NCBI GenBank assembly: GCA_963718575.1
Contig: OY970358.1
Location: 29,718-93,717 of the forward strand
DNA length: 64,000 nt
From: an uncultured bacterium
GTDB taxonomy: Bacteria > Patescibacteriota > Minisyncoccia > UBA6257 > 2-01-FULL-56-20
Reading direction: 5' to 3'
The notes under the pieces were generated by a model that saw only the letters and a list, made by a program, of their open reading frames with translations, ran no database searches and had not been told where the DNA came from. Numbering within the stretch: position 1 is the first letter of the stretch; every line of letters starts with the position of its first letter. The translations under genes were made by a program, and so were the position numbers. Positions 37,866 through 48,182 of the stretch are shown piece after piece.

Positions 37866-39029
37866 GTGACAATGCGAAACTTTTTTAATCGATGGTCGGT
37901 GTTTTTTATTATCGTGGGAACCGGGGGTCTTTTGATACTTTTCTATACTGCCGCACGCGGTGATATTTTCTCAGGGAAATATACGATTGCGGCGATTGCA
38001 GGAAATACTGATTCGCCCTCTCCGGCGGTAGAAGGCACGAGCACACCGCTTTTTGCCCTCACGCCGATCGATGCCGCCGCGTATGATGCAAAATTATTGG
38101 AGATCGCGAACGTCCCGCCGCGGACGATCACGATAACGGTCACTTCCACCATTCCCGGCACGACCACCATTGCCATCTCGAAGACCACAAAGACCGTTCC
38201 GGGAATGAGCGCATGGCCGGTCAAAACGACATTGCCGGATGCCGGCGCCCTGCTCCCCTTCAACCGCATCGTCGCGTACTACGGCAATTTCTATTCCACC
38301 GCGATGGGCGTGCTCGGCGAGTATCCAACGGATCAGATGATGGCGATGCTCGCCTCGACGACCGCCGAGTGGCGCGCGGCGGACCCGTCCACGCCCGTCA
38401 TTCCCGCGATCGATTACATCGTGGTGACCGCACAGGGCAGTCCCGGCGCCGACGGGAAATATCGCCTGCGGATGCCGGACAGCCAGGTTGATAAAGCGAT
38501 CCAGTTGATGTCACAGGTGAACGGGCTGGTGTTTTTGGACTTCCAGGTGGGGCAAAGCAATGTGGAAGCGGAAGTGCCGCAGTACGCGTCGTACTTTAAG
38601 TTGCCGAACGTGGAGCTCTCGCTCGATCCGGAATTCGACATGGAGCCCGGCGTAAAGCCGGATACGGAGATCGGCACGATGAGCGCGAACGACATCAATT
38701 GGGCGGCGAACTATCTGGCGAATATCGTAAACGCGAACAACATCCCGCCGAAGATTTTAGTCGTGCATCGCTTTACCGAAGACATGGTGACGAATTATCA
38801 GAACATCACTCCTCTGCCGCAGGTGCAGGTTGTGATCGATATGGACGGCTGGGGTTCACAGGCAAAAAAGCTCAACACCTACGAGCGCATCGAGGTCGCC
38901 GAGCCCGTGCAGTTCACCGGATTCAAATTATTCTACAAGAACGATCTTCTGCCGCCGAGCACCGGGATGCTTTCGCCGCAGCAAATTCTCCAGCTCAGCC
39001 CCCAGCCAAGCTATATCCAATATCAGTAA
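37866..39029 (+). CDS. hypothetical secreted/membrane-anchored protein
   Basis: N-terminal TM/signal (VFFIIVGTGGLLILFYTA), then a 360-aa alpha/beta domain with no recognisable motif. Confidence 0.45.
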   Translation: MTMRNFFNRWSVFFIIVGTGGLLILFYTAARGDIFSGKYTIAAIAGNTDSPSPAVEGTSTPLFALTPIDAAAYDAKLLEIANVPPRTITITVTSTIPGTTTIAISKTTKTVPGMSAWPVKTTLPDAGALLPFNRIVAYYGNFYSTAMGVLGEYPTDQMMAMLASTTAEWRAADPSTPVIPAIDYIVVTAQGSPGADGKYRLRMPDSQVDKAIQLMSQVNGLVFLDFQVGQSNVEAEVPQYASYFKLPNVELSLDPEFDMEPGVKPDTEIGTMSANDINWAANYLANIVNANNIPPKILVVHRFTEDMVTNYQNITPLPQVQVVIDMDGWGSQAKKLNTYERIEVAEPVQFTGFKLFYKNDLLPPSTGMLSPQQILQLSPQPSYIQYQ

Positions 39030-39030
39030 A

Positions 39031-39186
39031 CTATTTGAACGCAAATGCCAAGAGCACGATCGTCAATGCGTTGAGAATCACGAGCACTATTGCTTCTTGT
39101 GGGCGCGACGCAAGGGGCTTTACTAAGATATAGACCGTGTAGATGATCGCAACGATCGCCGCGCCGATAAAGTTTCCTCGTACCAT
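39031..39186 (-). CDS. possible 51-aa small membrane protein (below ORF-track cutoff)
   Basis: MVRGNFIGAAIVAIIYTVYILVKPLASRPQEAIVLVILNALTIVLLAFAFK, two hydrophobic helices. Confidence 0.3.
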   Translation of the reverse strand: MVRGNFIGAAIVAIIYTVYILVKPLASRPQEAIVLVILNALTIVLLAFAFK

Positions 39187-39298
39187 GTTTTTATAATTTT
39201 ATTATGAGATCAATTGAGTGATCGGCCTTTGAGGACTATAGATTCATTATATACCTCGAAAACCGTGGCGGGCAGTATGGGACGATGTTCGAACAACC

Positions 39299-40042
39299 CT
39301 ACGCGATCTTCTCTAGCAATGCCTTATAATCCTTCGTCGTGATATGCCAATCGCCGGGTTTGAGCGGATTATCGAGGTCAAGGAGCACGAGAAAGATGGC
39401 GTATGCGAGACTCGCTATGCTTGCGGTAAATAGGAACGCGAGATAGATATCTTTGATGGCGATGAACATCGAGAGGCCGATCAAGAGAAACGCGGCGAAG
39501 CGTAACGTGTTGCGAAGGAGCGGCGGCATATGCTCAGCGCTATGTTGGAGCCGCGCGGAGCGATTGTTCAATATGATCGACAGCAACGCGAACGATGTCG
39601 GCATCAGCTGTGGCGCTTCGTCAAAGATCTTATAGATACTGTTATTAAGATCGGTGATCACGTCCTCGATTTCCTGGCTCCGCTCCCCTTTCTCACTATA
39701 TTGCCAGCCTTCCCTTATGATGAGCGAGAGATAGCGTTTGATGTTTATATGGATCTCGTTTTTTATCTTCTCCGGGAAGTTGCTGGACCAGAGATAGAGT
39801 TTTTCCAGGCCGTCCACCTCGCCGCGCACCGCGTCGGTGAGCGCATTCCACTCATCCCACTCTTTTTGAATGGCAAAAGCGGCGAGCACGCCGAAGATGG
39901 TACCGACGACAGCATAGAGATACGGGGTCTCGTCGCTGTTCGCAAGCAGGAGGCGCGTGTCGTAAAGCGTGCTCGTCCGGATAAAATAGAAGATCGTTCC
40001 GAAGACGATGAGAAATGGGATAAGTTTTTTAATGAGTGACAT
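39299..40042 (-). CDS. hypothetical membrane protein (4 TM, DUF4239-like architecture)
   Basis: Two TM helices, a soluble helical middle, and two C-terminal TM helices. Confidence 0.4.
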   Translation of the reverse strand: MSLIKKLIPFLIVFGTIFYFIRTSTLYDTRLLLANSDETPYLYAVVGTIFGVLAAFAIQKEWDEWNALTDAVRGEVDGLEKLYLWSSNFPEKIKNEIHINIKRYLSLIIREGWQYSEKGERSQEIEDVITDLNNSIYKIFDEAPQLMPTSFALLSIILNNRSARLQHSAEHMPPLLRNTLRFAAFLLIGLSMFIAIKDIYLAFLFTASIASLAYAIFLVLLDLDNPLKPGDWHITTKDYKALLEKIA

Positions 40043-40080
40043 ATTGTAGTACTATATCATTATCAGCCGCCTGAACAAAC

Positions 40081-40608
40081 ATGACCATCCCGATTCCCCG
40101 CAGACAATGGAGCCGTCGCCCGCCGCCGAACAATGAACCGGTCTATCTGACGCCGGAAGGCATTAAGCGGCTCGAAGCACGGCTCGCGCGATTGAAAACC
40201 TCGCTTCCCGCGGTTATCGAAGAAGCTGCGCGCACCGCGGCATACGGTGATCGCTCAGACAACGCGGAGTATAAAGAGGCAAAAGGGATCCTGCGGCGCA
40301 CGCACGGCCAGATTTTCAATATCGAAGATCAGCTGCGCCGTGCGGTGGCGATCGCTCCGAGCACGGTGAGCGGCGATGGTGATGCCGGCGCGAGGACGAT
40401 CCAGCTTGGCTCAACGGTGGTATTGTCTTCGAAGGGCGTGACCAAGACCTATCGCATCCTCGGACCATCGGAGACCGATCCTTCTCGCGGACGCATTTCT
40501 CACACCTCACCGTTGGGAGCGGCGCTGATCGGGCATAGCATAGGCGATGTCATCGTCGTTCAGATGCCGGGCGGCGTGCAGGAATATACGATCGCAGAGA
40601 TAAAATAG
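40081..40608 (+). CDS. greA: transcription elongation factor GreA
   Basis: N-terminal coiled-coil with YLTPEGIKRLEARLARLK, C-terminal FKBP-like domain, and conserved acidic residues (DRSDNAEY). Confidence 0.75.
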   Translation: MTIPIPRRQWSRRPPPNNEPVYLTPEGIKRLEARLARLKTSLPAVIEEAARTAAYGDRSDNAEYKEAKGILRRTHGQIFNIEDQLRRAVAIAPSTVSGDGDAGARTIQLGSTVVLSSKGVTKTYRILGPSETDPSRGRISHTSPLGAALIGHSIGDVIVVQMPGGVQEYTIAEIK

Positions 40609-40646
40609 TTGGAAATATTTCAACTTTACGGTAGAATCAAGCAACT

Positions 40647-41759
40647 ATGGAAAAATCATATACAAAGCTGAAGAAGTTGAGCGAGAAGAACGGCGATATC
40701 GAGTTCCAGGCCGAGGTGCCGGTGGAACTGCTTGAAGAATATTCATTGGCGGCGCTGGCTGCGATAGCGGAGGATTTTGCGTTGCCCGGGTTTCGCAAGG
40801 GTAAAGTGCCGCATGGCAAAGTGCGAGAACACGTTGGCGAAATGTCGCTTTTGGAGGACGCCGCGAACGAAGCGCTCCGCGATGCGATGCCTCAGATCGC
40901 CGAGGATGAGAAGCTCAACGTCGTCGGACGACCGCAGGTCGTGATCACGAAGATCGCGCCGGGGAATCCGCTGGAATTCAAGATCCGTTATGCGCTTTTT
41001 CCCGATATCTCGCTTCCCGATTATAAGAAGATCGGCAAAACTATCTTTGAACGAAAGGATCCGACCGATGTGACGGAAAAAGAGATCGACGAGGCGATCG
41101 ACCGTATCCAGAAGATGATCGCGCCGATGGCGAACGCCGGACTCGCGCCTGACGCTGCTATCATGCCGAGCGAAAAGGACGCACCCATTCCCCCCCTCAC
41201 GGACGAGGCCGTAAAGCAGTTCGGCAACTTCGCGACCGTCGCGGATTTCCGCGCAGAGCTCAGAAAGAATCTCGAGCAGGAGAAAACCTTACACATGAAA
41301 GATGGTCGGCGCGAGGAAACGATCAAAGAGATCGTCAAACACGCCAAGGTTAAGGTTCCGCAGTTGCTTGTCGAGCAGGAACTCTACGAGTTTATTGCCG
41401 ACCGAGATGAACAACTCGAAACAGCAGGACTTTCGCTTGAAGAGTACCTCAAGCAGACCGGCAAGACGGCTGAACAGCTGGAAAAAGATGAACGCAGGCT
41501 TATCGAGGACGATCTGCGTATGAGTTTGGTGGTGCAGGAGGTTCGTAAACAGGAGCATATCACTGCCGATGACCGCGATGTGCATATTTTGATCACCCAG
41601 CTCAAACTTCGCTATCCGGAGCGTACGGAACAGGAACTTCACCGCACTGCGGAGGCGATGATCATTCAGAACAAATTATTCGCGATTTTAGAGGGAGCGC
41701 CGGTGCCGGATTTGAAAGATGCGGTTGAGGATACTGTAGTAGGGAGTGAGGTCGCGTAA
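40647..41759 (+). CDS. tig: trigger factor (lacking PPIase domain)
   Basis: Ribosome-binding signature GFRKGKVP (GFRxGxxP). At 370 aa there is no room for the FKBP domain. Confidence 0.7.
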   Translation: MEKSYTKLKKLSEKNGDIEFQAEVPVELLEEYSLAALAAIAEDFALPGFRKGKVPHGKVREHVGEMSLLEDAANEALRDAMPQIAEDEKLNVVGRPQVVITKIAPGNPLEFKIRYALFPDISLPDYKKIGKTIFERKDPTDVTEKEIDEAIDRIQKMIAPMANAGLAPDAAIMPSEKDAPIPPLTDEAVKQFGNFATVADFRAELRKNLEQEKTLHMKDGRREETIKEIVKHAKVKVPQLLVEQELYEFIADRDEQLETAGLSLEEYLKQTGKTAEQLEKDERRLIEDDLRMSLVVQEVRKQEHITADDRDVHILITQLKLRYPERTEQELHRTAEAMIIQNKLFAILEGAPVPDLKDAVEDTVVGSEVA

Positions 41760-41795
41760 AACGAATTGCTAAAAAAATAATTAAAATTAAAAAAA

Positions 41796-42506
41796 ATGGA
41801 AATTAAGGATAAAGTGATCGTGGTGACTGGCGCGTCGGAAGGGATCGGCGAGGCGATCGCGCGGAAGCTGGCTGCGGCCGGAGGAAAGGTGGTGCTCGCG
41901 GCGCGGAACGACGAGAGGCTCGCCGCGCTCGCGCACGAACTCCCCGGCTCGATTGCGGTGCATACCGACATGACCCAGCAGGCAGATATCCAAAATCTGA
42001 TCGATCGCGCGATCGAGATCGACGGTCACATCGATATTTTGATCAACAACGCCGGCCAAGGCATGATGAGTCCCGTTGAAAACATCGATATCGATAAATA
42101 CAAGCACATCATGAATCTGAACGTGTACGGTCCGCTCTATGCAATGCAACTTACGATCCCAAAGATGCGCGAATATGGCGGCGGCATGATCCTCAATATC
42201 AGCTCGATGGTTTCCAAGAACTACTATCCGAACCTTGCGGCATATGCCTCAACGAAGTATGCCCTGAACGCGATCTCGCTTACCGCGCGTGCGGAGTTGG
42301 AAAAAGATCATATCATCGTGAGCGTCTTCCACCCCAAAATGACGGCCACGGGCTTCGGTAAGAATTCGGTCGGCGCATCACCGGAGGCTGCGGCCGCATA
42401 CGCCGAACGCGCCCGCGCGCGTGGAATGGCGGTAGACACTGCGGAGCAAGTCGCGGATAAGGTATTGGAACAGATTGTGTCCGAAGCCGCGGAGGCGAAT
42501 ATGTAA
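41796..42506 (+). CDS. SDR family oxidoreductase
   Basis: VIVVTGASEGIGEAIARKL Rossmann motif; YxxxK present (YASTK). Confidence 0.8.
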   Translation: MEIKDKVIVVTGASEGIGEAIARKLAAAGGKVVLAARNDERLAALAHELPGSIAVHTDMTQQADIQNLIDRAIEIDGHIDILINNAGQGMMSPVENIDIDKYKHIMNLNVYGPLYAMQLTIPKMREYGGGMILNISSMVSKNYYPNLAAYASTKYALNAISLTARAELEKDHIIVSVFHPKMTATGFGKNSVGASPEAAAAYAERARARGMAVDTAEQVADKVLEQIVSEAAEANM

Positions 42507-42659
42507 AATAGTGCTACGTTCGTTTCTCTAACACTCGAAGCCTTCCGTCATGTTCGTTCACCGACTTTTGTAGATTTACAATGTCATCATTTGCCAGTGA
42601 CATAAAAGCGGACAAATGAGTGTTTTAATAATTTCATTTCCCGTGTATGATGCCTGTAT

Positions 42660-43622
42660 ATGTTAATTGATGGTGTAAATGTACGGATCTCGGCAGGACA
42701 CGGTGGCAAGGGCAATGTGTCTTTTAATAAAACCTTGATGAGCCTTGGGCCCGCCGGCGGAAGCGGCGGCAAGGGCGGCAGTGTCTACGCCGAGGGCGTT
42801 TCCGACCTTTCCGCACTTGGACAATTTCGCTTCAAAAAGGAGTTTGCCGCAGAGGATGGCATGTATGGCCGCGATCAGTTTCGGGATGGACATGATGGCA
42901 AAGATCTTATCCTTAAAGTGCCGGTCGGCACAATTGCCCACAACCTGACGACCGGCGTAGATGTTGAGATTGAGCATACCGGCGAGCGCGTCCTGCTTGC
43001 AAAGGGTGGCAACGGTGGCAAGGGCAACTTCCTCTTTCGTTCATCGCGCAATACAACGCCAAAACAATCCCAGCCTGGCTTGCCCGGTGAATCATTCGCA
43101 TTCCGCTTGGAGTTGAAATTCATCGCCGACGTCGGCTTCGTCGGTTTGCCAAATGTGGGCAAATCCAGCCTACTGAACGAATTAACCAACGCAAACAGCA
43201 AAGTGGCAAACTATGCCTTCACCACGCTTGAGCCAAATCTTGGCACGTATTACGAGTTGATCCTCGCCGACATCCCGGGTTTGATTGAAGGCTCATCCGA
43301 GGGCAAAGGGCTCGGCACGCGATTCCTACGCCACATCGAGCGCACCCGCACACTGTTCCATTTTATTTCCGCCGAATCCCCCACCCCCGTGGCGGATTAC
43401 AAGATCATCCGTGCCGAGCTCGGCGCGTATAGCAAGGCGTTGCTCAAAAAACCAGAGCATTTGTTTTTATCGAAATCCGACGTGGCGGATGAAAAACAAT
43501 TGAAGGTCACTTTGACCAAGCTTAAAAAAATAGACCCGAAGGTCATCGCGATCTCCATCATTGACGAGGAGAGTATGAAAAAAGTGCAGAAGCTTTTGAA
43601 TACGATCAAGGCGAAGAAATAG
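42660..43622 (+). CDS. obg: GTPase Obg
   Basis: Gly-rich Obg fold (AGHGGKGNVSF..GGSGGKGGSV) plus the G domain GLPNVGKSSL. Confidence 0.85.
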   Translation: MLIDGVNVRISAGHGGKGNVSFNKTLMSLGPAGGSGGKGGSVYAEGVSDLSALGQFRFKKEFAAEDGMYGRDQFRDGHDGKDLILKVPVGTIAHNLTTGVDVEIEHTGERVLLAKGGNGGKGNFLFRSSRNTTPKQSQPGLPGESFAFRLELKFIADVGFVGLPNVGKSSLLNELTNANSKVANYAFTTLEPNLGTYYELILADIPGLIEGSSEGKGLGTRFLRHIERTRTLFHFISAESPTPVADYKIIRAELGAYSKALLKKPEHLFLSKSDVADEKQLKVTLTKLKKIDPKVIAISIIDEESMKKVQKLLNTIKAKK

Positions 43623-43713
43623 CTAGTCAAATTCTTAAAAATAGATTATAGTATAAACAAACGCGCGCTATATCTTTTTTGGCGCGTTCTTATTGTCTAT
43701 AATACCCACCACC

Positions 43714-45168
43714 ATGGCCAATAACGAAGTGATCCTCCGATTCAACGACGTGACGTTTGAATACGGCAAAAAACAGATCCTCACTGAGGCGACATTTTCG
43801 GTGCGCCGCGGTGCGAAGATCACCCTCATGGGACAGAACGGTGCGGGCAAAAGCACGATGTTCCGGCTGATCATGGGCGATCTGCACGCCGAAGAAGGCA
43901 ACGTCATCCTGGAAGAAGGACTCACGAAGGCTATCTCCAAGCAGGTGATCCCCCGCGATCAACTCGACTCAACCGTTTTAGAATTTTTTAATAGCGCATT
44001 CCCCGGTAAAAAGATCTATGACATCGAACCGCGCATCAAGAAAGTGCTCGAGGTGGTCAACCTCGTGGCGCCGCTCGACCGCATCGTAAAAAGCTTCTCC
44101 GGCGGCCAGCAGGCACGCTTGCTCCTTGCACACGCGATCATCCAGGACCCGGACATGCTCCTCCTCGACGAACCGACAAATAATCTCGACAAAGCGGGAA
44201 TCCAACACCTCACCCAGTTTCTGATCGATTCAAAGAAGACATGCATCGTCATTTCCCACGACGCAGATTTTTTGAACGCATTCACGCAGGGCGTGCTCTA
44301 TTTGGATATTTTCACAAAAAAAGTTGAGCAATACACCGGCAACTATTTCGATGTGCTGAAAGAAGTCACCGCGCGATTGGAGCGCGAGCGCATGAAGAAC
44401 GTCCGGCTCCAGCGCGACATCATACATCGCAAGGAACAGGTGAACTTCTTTGCGCAGAAAGGCGGACATATGCGCGATGTGGCACGGAAGATGAACGAGA
44501 AAATCGCAGAGCTCGAAGAAGACGTCGTCGAGGTGCGCCAGGAGGATAAGACCATTCGCAACTTTGCGATCCCCGTTCAGGAGGATGTCAGCGGTCGCAT
44601 TCTTGAACTTACCTCAGTGAACGTCATCAAGAACCACAAACCCACGGCAAAGAAAGTTAATATTGCATTAAAAAAGGGTGAACGTCTGCATCTGGTCGGT
44701 CCGAACGGCATCGGCAAGACAACGCTTCTTGAAGCGCTCGCCACCGGCCACGCCAAGGGCGAAGTCCTCGAGCCTGGCATCCGCATCGGCTATTACCGCC
44801 AGGATTTCTCCACGCTCGACTTCGACGCCACCGTCTGGGATACGCTCGCCCGCGCCATGCGTGAAGGCGATCAGGACCGGCTTCGCTCCACCGCGGCAGG
44901 ATTTTTGATCGACGCGGAACTGATCCGCGCAAAAGTGGGCGCGCTTTCGGAAGGCCAAAAAGGCCTCGTGGCGTTCGCCAAGCTTTCGCTCGAAGCACCC
45001 GGCCTCCTCATTCTCGACGAGCCGACGAATCACATCAACTTCCGACACATTCCCGTCATCGCAAAAGCACTCGACCGTTATGAAGGCGCGATGATCCTCG
45101 TCAGCCACGTTCCGGACTTTGTGAAACAAATAAAGATAGACTACACGCTGGACTTGGCAGAGCTTTAG
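43714..45168 (+). CDS. ABC-F family ATPase (two ABC domains, no TMD)
   Basis: Two Walker A motifs (GQNGAGKST, GPNGIGKTT), two signature motifs (FSGGQQARL, LSEGQKGLV), and a linker between them. Confidence 0.85.
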   Translation: MANNEVILRFNDVTFEYGKKQILTEATFSVRRGAKITLMGQNGAGKSTMFRLIMGDLHAEEGNVILEEGLTKAISKQVIPRDQLDSTVLEFFNSAFPGKKIYDIEPRIKKVLEVVNLVAPLDRIVKSFSGGQQARLLLAHAIIQDPDMLLLDEPTNNLDKAGIQHLTQFLIDSKKTCIVISHDADFLNAFTQGVLYLDIFTKKVEQYTGNYFDVLKEVTARLERERMKNVRLQRDIIHRKEQVNFFAQKGGHMRDVARKMNEKIAELEEDVVEVRQEDKTIRNFAIPVQEDVSGRILELTSVNVIKNHKPTAKKVNIALKKGERLHLVGPNGIGKTTLLEALATGHAKGEVLEPGIRIGYYRQDFSTLDFDATVWDTLARAMREGDQDRLRSTAAGFLIDAELIRAKVGALSEGQKGLVAFAKLSLEAPGLLILDEPTNHINFRHIPVIAKALDRYEGAMILVSHVPDFVKQIKIDYTLDLAEL

Positions 45169-45281
45169 ATAGTATTAAAAATGACGAAGGGGCGGGTCTA
45201 GTAAACTAGAACCCGCCCAGTGTTGCTTCGAATGGTATATATTAATGATTCCGTGGTCTAACCCCGCTTAGGTTGCGCACT

Positions 45282-45665
45282 TTATTCTTTCTTTTCAAGC
45301 TCCAGACACACTGAATTGATGCAATACCGCTTGCCGCCCTTGTCCGCCGGGCCGTCGTCAAAGACGTGGCCAAGATGTGCTCCGCAGGTCTTGCAGATCA
45401 CTTCGGTACGGTTCATACCGAAGCTGTTATCGGTTTTTAGCTCCACATTCGCCAAGTTTGCCGGCTCGGTAAAGCTAGGCCAGCCGGTGCCGGAATCGAA
45501 CTTGGTATCGGACGAAAAAAGCTCCGTGCCGCACACGGCGCACTTATACATTCCTTTTGAGTGTTCGTCCACATACTTGCCGGTGAACGCCGGTTCGGTG
45601 CCGCCTTCGCGCGCGATGTGGTAGAGCTCGGGATTTTCTTTTTTGATCTGATCGTCTGTTTTCAT
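45282..45665 (-). CDS. msrB: peptide-methionine (R)-S-oxide reductase
   Basis: Two CxxC pairs and the GWPSF and HLGHVF motifs. Confidence 0.9.
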   Translation of the reverse strand: MKTDDQIKKENPELYHIAREGGTEPAFTGKYVDEHSKGMYKCAVCGTELFSSDTKFDSGTGWPSFTEPANLANVELKTDNSFGMNRTEVICKTCGAHLGHVFDDGPADKGGKRYCINSVCLELEKKE

Positions 45666-45666
45666 A

Positions 45667-46218
45667 TTATTTTGATTTTTCTTTTAATAAATTTGCGAAT
45701 TGCTTCTGTAATTTCTCTACCTTCGGTTCGATGATGATCTGGCAATAGCCCGCGTCGGGATGATTCTTGAAATATTGCCGATGATAATCTTCCGCGTCAT
45801 AGAACTCGCCAAGCGGAACAACCTCGGTGACGATCGGTTTGCCGCCCGGATCGGACCCGGTCAGCTCCGCGATAAATTTTTCCGCCTCCGCCTCCTGCGC
45901 TGGCGTGGTATAGAATATCGCCGAACGATATTGCGTGCCGACGTCATTCCCCTGCCGGTTCAGCGTCGTCGGATCATGCGTGGCAAAAAACACTGTGAGC
46001 AAATCGTGATATGAAACCTGCGCCGGATCGTATTCGATGCGCGTCGCTTCGACATGACCGGTCGCGCCGGTACAGACCGCGTCATACGTCGGATGCGGCA
46101 CGGTGCCGCCGGTATAGCCGGGCATCACCGCAATCACGCCGCGCAATTCACTGAACACGGCTTCGGTGCACCAAAAGCATCCTCCTCCGAACACGGCCAC
46201 GGCGATTTCGTTTTCCAT
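45667..46218 (-). CDS. msrA: peptide-methionine (S)-S-oxide reductase
   Basis: GGGCFWC active-site motif. Confidence 0.9.
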   Translation of the reverse strand: MENEIAVAVFGGGCFWCTEAVFSELRGVIAVMPGYTGGTVPHPTYDAVCTGATGHVEATRIEYDPAQVSYHDLLTVFFATHDPTTLNRQGNDVGTQYRSAIFYTTPAQEAEAEKFIAELTGSDPGGKPIVTEVVPLGEFYDAEDYHRQYFKNHPDAGYCQIIIEPKVEKLQKQFANLLKEKSK

Positions 46219-46219
46219 G

Positions 46220-47413
46220 TTATCCGAAGGTAAATGTATATGCCTGCAATCCTGGCGTCTCGACCTTCAATTGCAACGTGTGTTCTCCCCCGCCATCCGC
46301 GTTATTAACAAGATTGTAGAGTTTGTTCGCTGATATGGTGATTGTGCCGTTCTGCACATCGCTTCCGGCATCGGCGGCGCTGATCGGCTGGCCATCCTGC
46401 ATCACATCAACGACGGTTCCCGTGGGCGCACCGGCGGCTACCATATAGACCTTCCCGGCATCGTATTCGTAGGTGATCGTGGCGCCGGCCGCGAGGTTCG
46501 TCGCATACTGGTCCTCAAAATCCCATGCGCCGCCGAGGTAAAGCTGATTGGGTTGGATGGTGCTCACCGACGGGGCGCTGAGCGTCTGATCGCCGTTTGT
46601 CATGACCGTTCCGTTTGCCAAAAGGCTGTTCCGCTCCGCCCCAAAATACGTCTCGGGGCTTTGGATCTCGTTGAGATTTGCCGTGGCAACATTTACCGTT
46701 CCCGTCGGGATCGTGTCGGGATCAAGCCCGAGGATCGTCGCCCGTTGCTGAAGCACGTGCTGGATCGCGGCCTCCGTATCCGGATAATTTCCTTCTCCGA
46801 CCTGATTATGCACGATATATCCGGCCATATCGATCAGATATTCGTTCGGCCAATAGAGATTGTTGTACGCATTCCACGTTCCCATATTACTGTCGAGGAT
46901 GACGGGATATTTGATGCCGTATTGCGTCACCGCATTCTGCACGTTCGCAATATTTTTTTCAAATTCGAACTCGGGAGTGTGGATGCCGACGATCACCAAC
47001 CCCGAACTCTGATATTTTTGATACCATGCGTTCAGATACGGAATCGTGCGAACGCAATTGATACAGCTGTACGTCCAAAAATCGAGCAGGACGGGTTTTT
47101 TCCCGATAAGACTCCCAAGGGTGAAGGTCGACGAAACATTGATAAAACCGGTTGGATCGACGATCTCAACGGCCGGTTCGTCGCCCGCGGCTTTATCCGC
47201 CGCGGCCAATTGTGCGAGCGCGATCTGGCTGCTGCTGCTCAGTACGACGTTGCCGCTCGACGAAGCAGTGGTACTGCTCGCGTTGCCGATGTTTATCGCC
47301 TGCGCGGGCTGGCCCGATGGTACCGAATGCACTTTTATGCTTTCCAAATACCAGATGGACCCTACTGCCACAATGACAACCGCAGCGAACGCTATCTTTT
47401 TGCTGGTGCTCAT
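46220..47413 (-). CDS. membrane-anchored thioredoxin-fold protein (TlpA/ResA-like CxxC) with extra C-terminal domain
   Basis: N-terminal TM, thioredoxin fold with WTYSCINCVRTIPYL (CxxC), then a ~200-aa C-terminal extension of unknown function. Confidence 0.6.
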   Translation of the reverse strand: MSTSKKIAFAAVVIVAVGSIWYLESIKVHSVPSGQPAQAINIGNASSTTASSSGNVVLSSSSQIALAQLAAADKAAGDEPAVEIVDPTGFINVSSTFTLGSLIGKKPVLLDFWTYSCINCVRTIPYLNAWYQKYQSSGLVIVGIHTPEFEFEKNIANVQNAVTQYGIKYPVILDSNMGTWNAYNNLYWPNEYLIDMAGYIVHNQVGEGNYPDTEAAIQHVLQQRATILGLDPDTIPTGTVNVATANLNEIQSPETYFGAERNSLLANGTVMTNGDQTLSAPSVSTIQPNQLYLGGAWDFEDQYATNLAAGATITYEYDAGKVYMVAAGAPTGTVVDVMQDGQPISAADAGSDVQNGTITISANKLYNLVNNADGGGEHTLQLKVETPGLQAYTFTFG

Positions 47414-47432
47414 AATAGTTATTATTGTATTT

Positions 47433-48182
47433 CTATATTTTAAATTTCAAGAGAAGGTCGTTTACAAAGCCGAAGTTTGCAATGAGCGGCAGGTCCTGCG
47501 TGAAGACCAATACGCCCAGAACCACAAGGATCGCGCCGAAGACCGGGTTGACGTATTCCAGCTTCGCGGCGTATTTATTGATTAAGTTTGCACTTTGTGC
47601 GACGAAGAGCCCCACAATCAGGAATGGCACGCCAAGTCCGATCGCATACGAGAGCAACAACCAGAATGCCTCGCCCGGCGCCGATGCGGCGATGCCGAGG
47701 ATCCCGCCAAGCACGGGTCCCACGCACGGCGTCCAGCCCGCCGCAAATGCAAGGCCGAACAAGAGCGACGTGAGATAGCGCGATTTTGAGTGCGTCTGGT
47801 TGGCGCCGGGGGCGAGGTTTAATTTGTGATCCATCTCAAAGAACCGAATCCGGAAGAATCCCATCAGATAGAGACCGAAGAAGATGACGATCGTGCCGCC
47901 GATCCATGCGAGCCATGATTGCACGGCGTATGCAACATGTGCGAGCGCGCCATTCAACAATACGCCAAGCAATGCGAAGACGATCGAGAAACCCAGCACA
48001 AAGAAAAAGCTGTTAAGGAAGATGCTGAGCCGCGACGGTTTCTGTGCCGCATTCGAGGACGATTCGCCCGCGAGATATGCGAGAAATCCCGGAATGATCG
48101 GCAATATGCACGGCGAAAGGAACGAAACGATGCCCGCGACAAATGCAATGAGAATCGGGATGTTGGCCATGATCGGCGTCAA
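47433..48182 (-). CDS. ccdA: cytochrome c biogenesis protein CcdA (DsbD-family thiol-disulfide transporter)
   Basis: Six TM helices and the conserved Cys pair (LSPCILP and TPCVGP). Confidence 0.8.
   Translation of the reverse strand: MTPIMANIPILIAFVAGIVSFLSPCILPIIPGFLAYLAGESSSNAAQKPSRLSIFLNSFFFVLGFSIVFALLGVLLNGALAHVAYAVQSWLAWIGGTIVIFFGLYLMGFFRIRFFEMDHKLNLAPGANQTHSKSRYLTSLLFGLAFAAGWTPCVGPVLGGILGIAASAPGEAFWLLLSYAIGLGVPFLIVGLFVAQSANLINKYAAKLEYVNPVFGAILVVLGVLVFTQDLPLIANFGFVNDLLLKFKI

Noticed and set aside
42587-42772. 61-aa minus-strand ORF upstream of obg
   Set aside because: It overlaps the obg start and promoter region. Composition is Pro/Leu-rich, and it has no RBS-like context.
46553-47443. 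296-aa plus-strand ORF
   Set aside because: Antisense to the TlpA-like thioredoxin gene. Arg-rich and low complexity.
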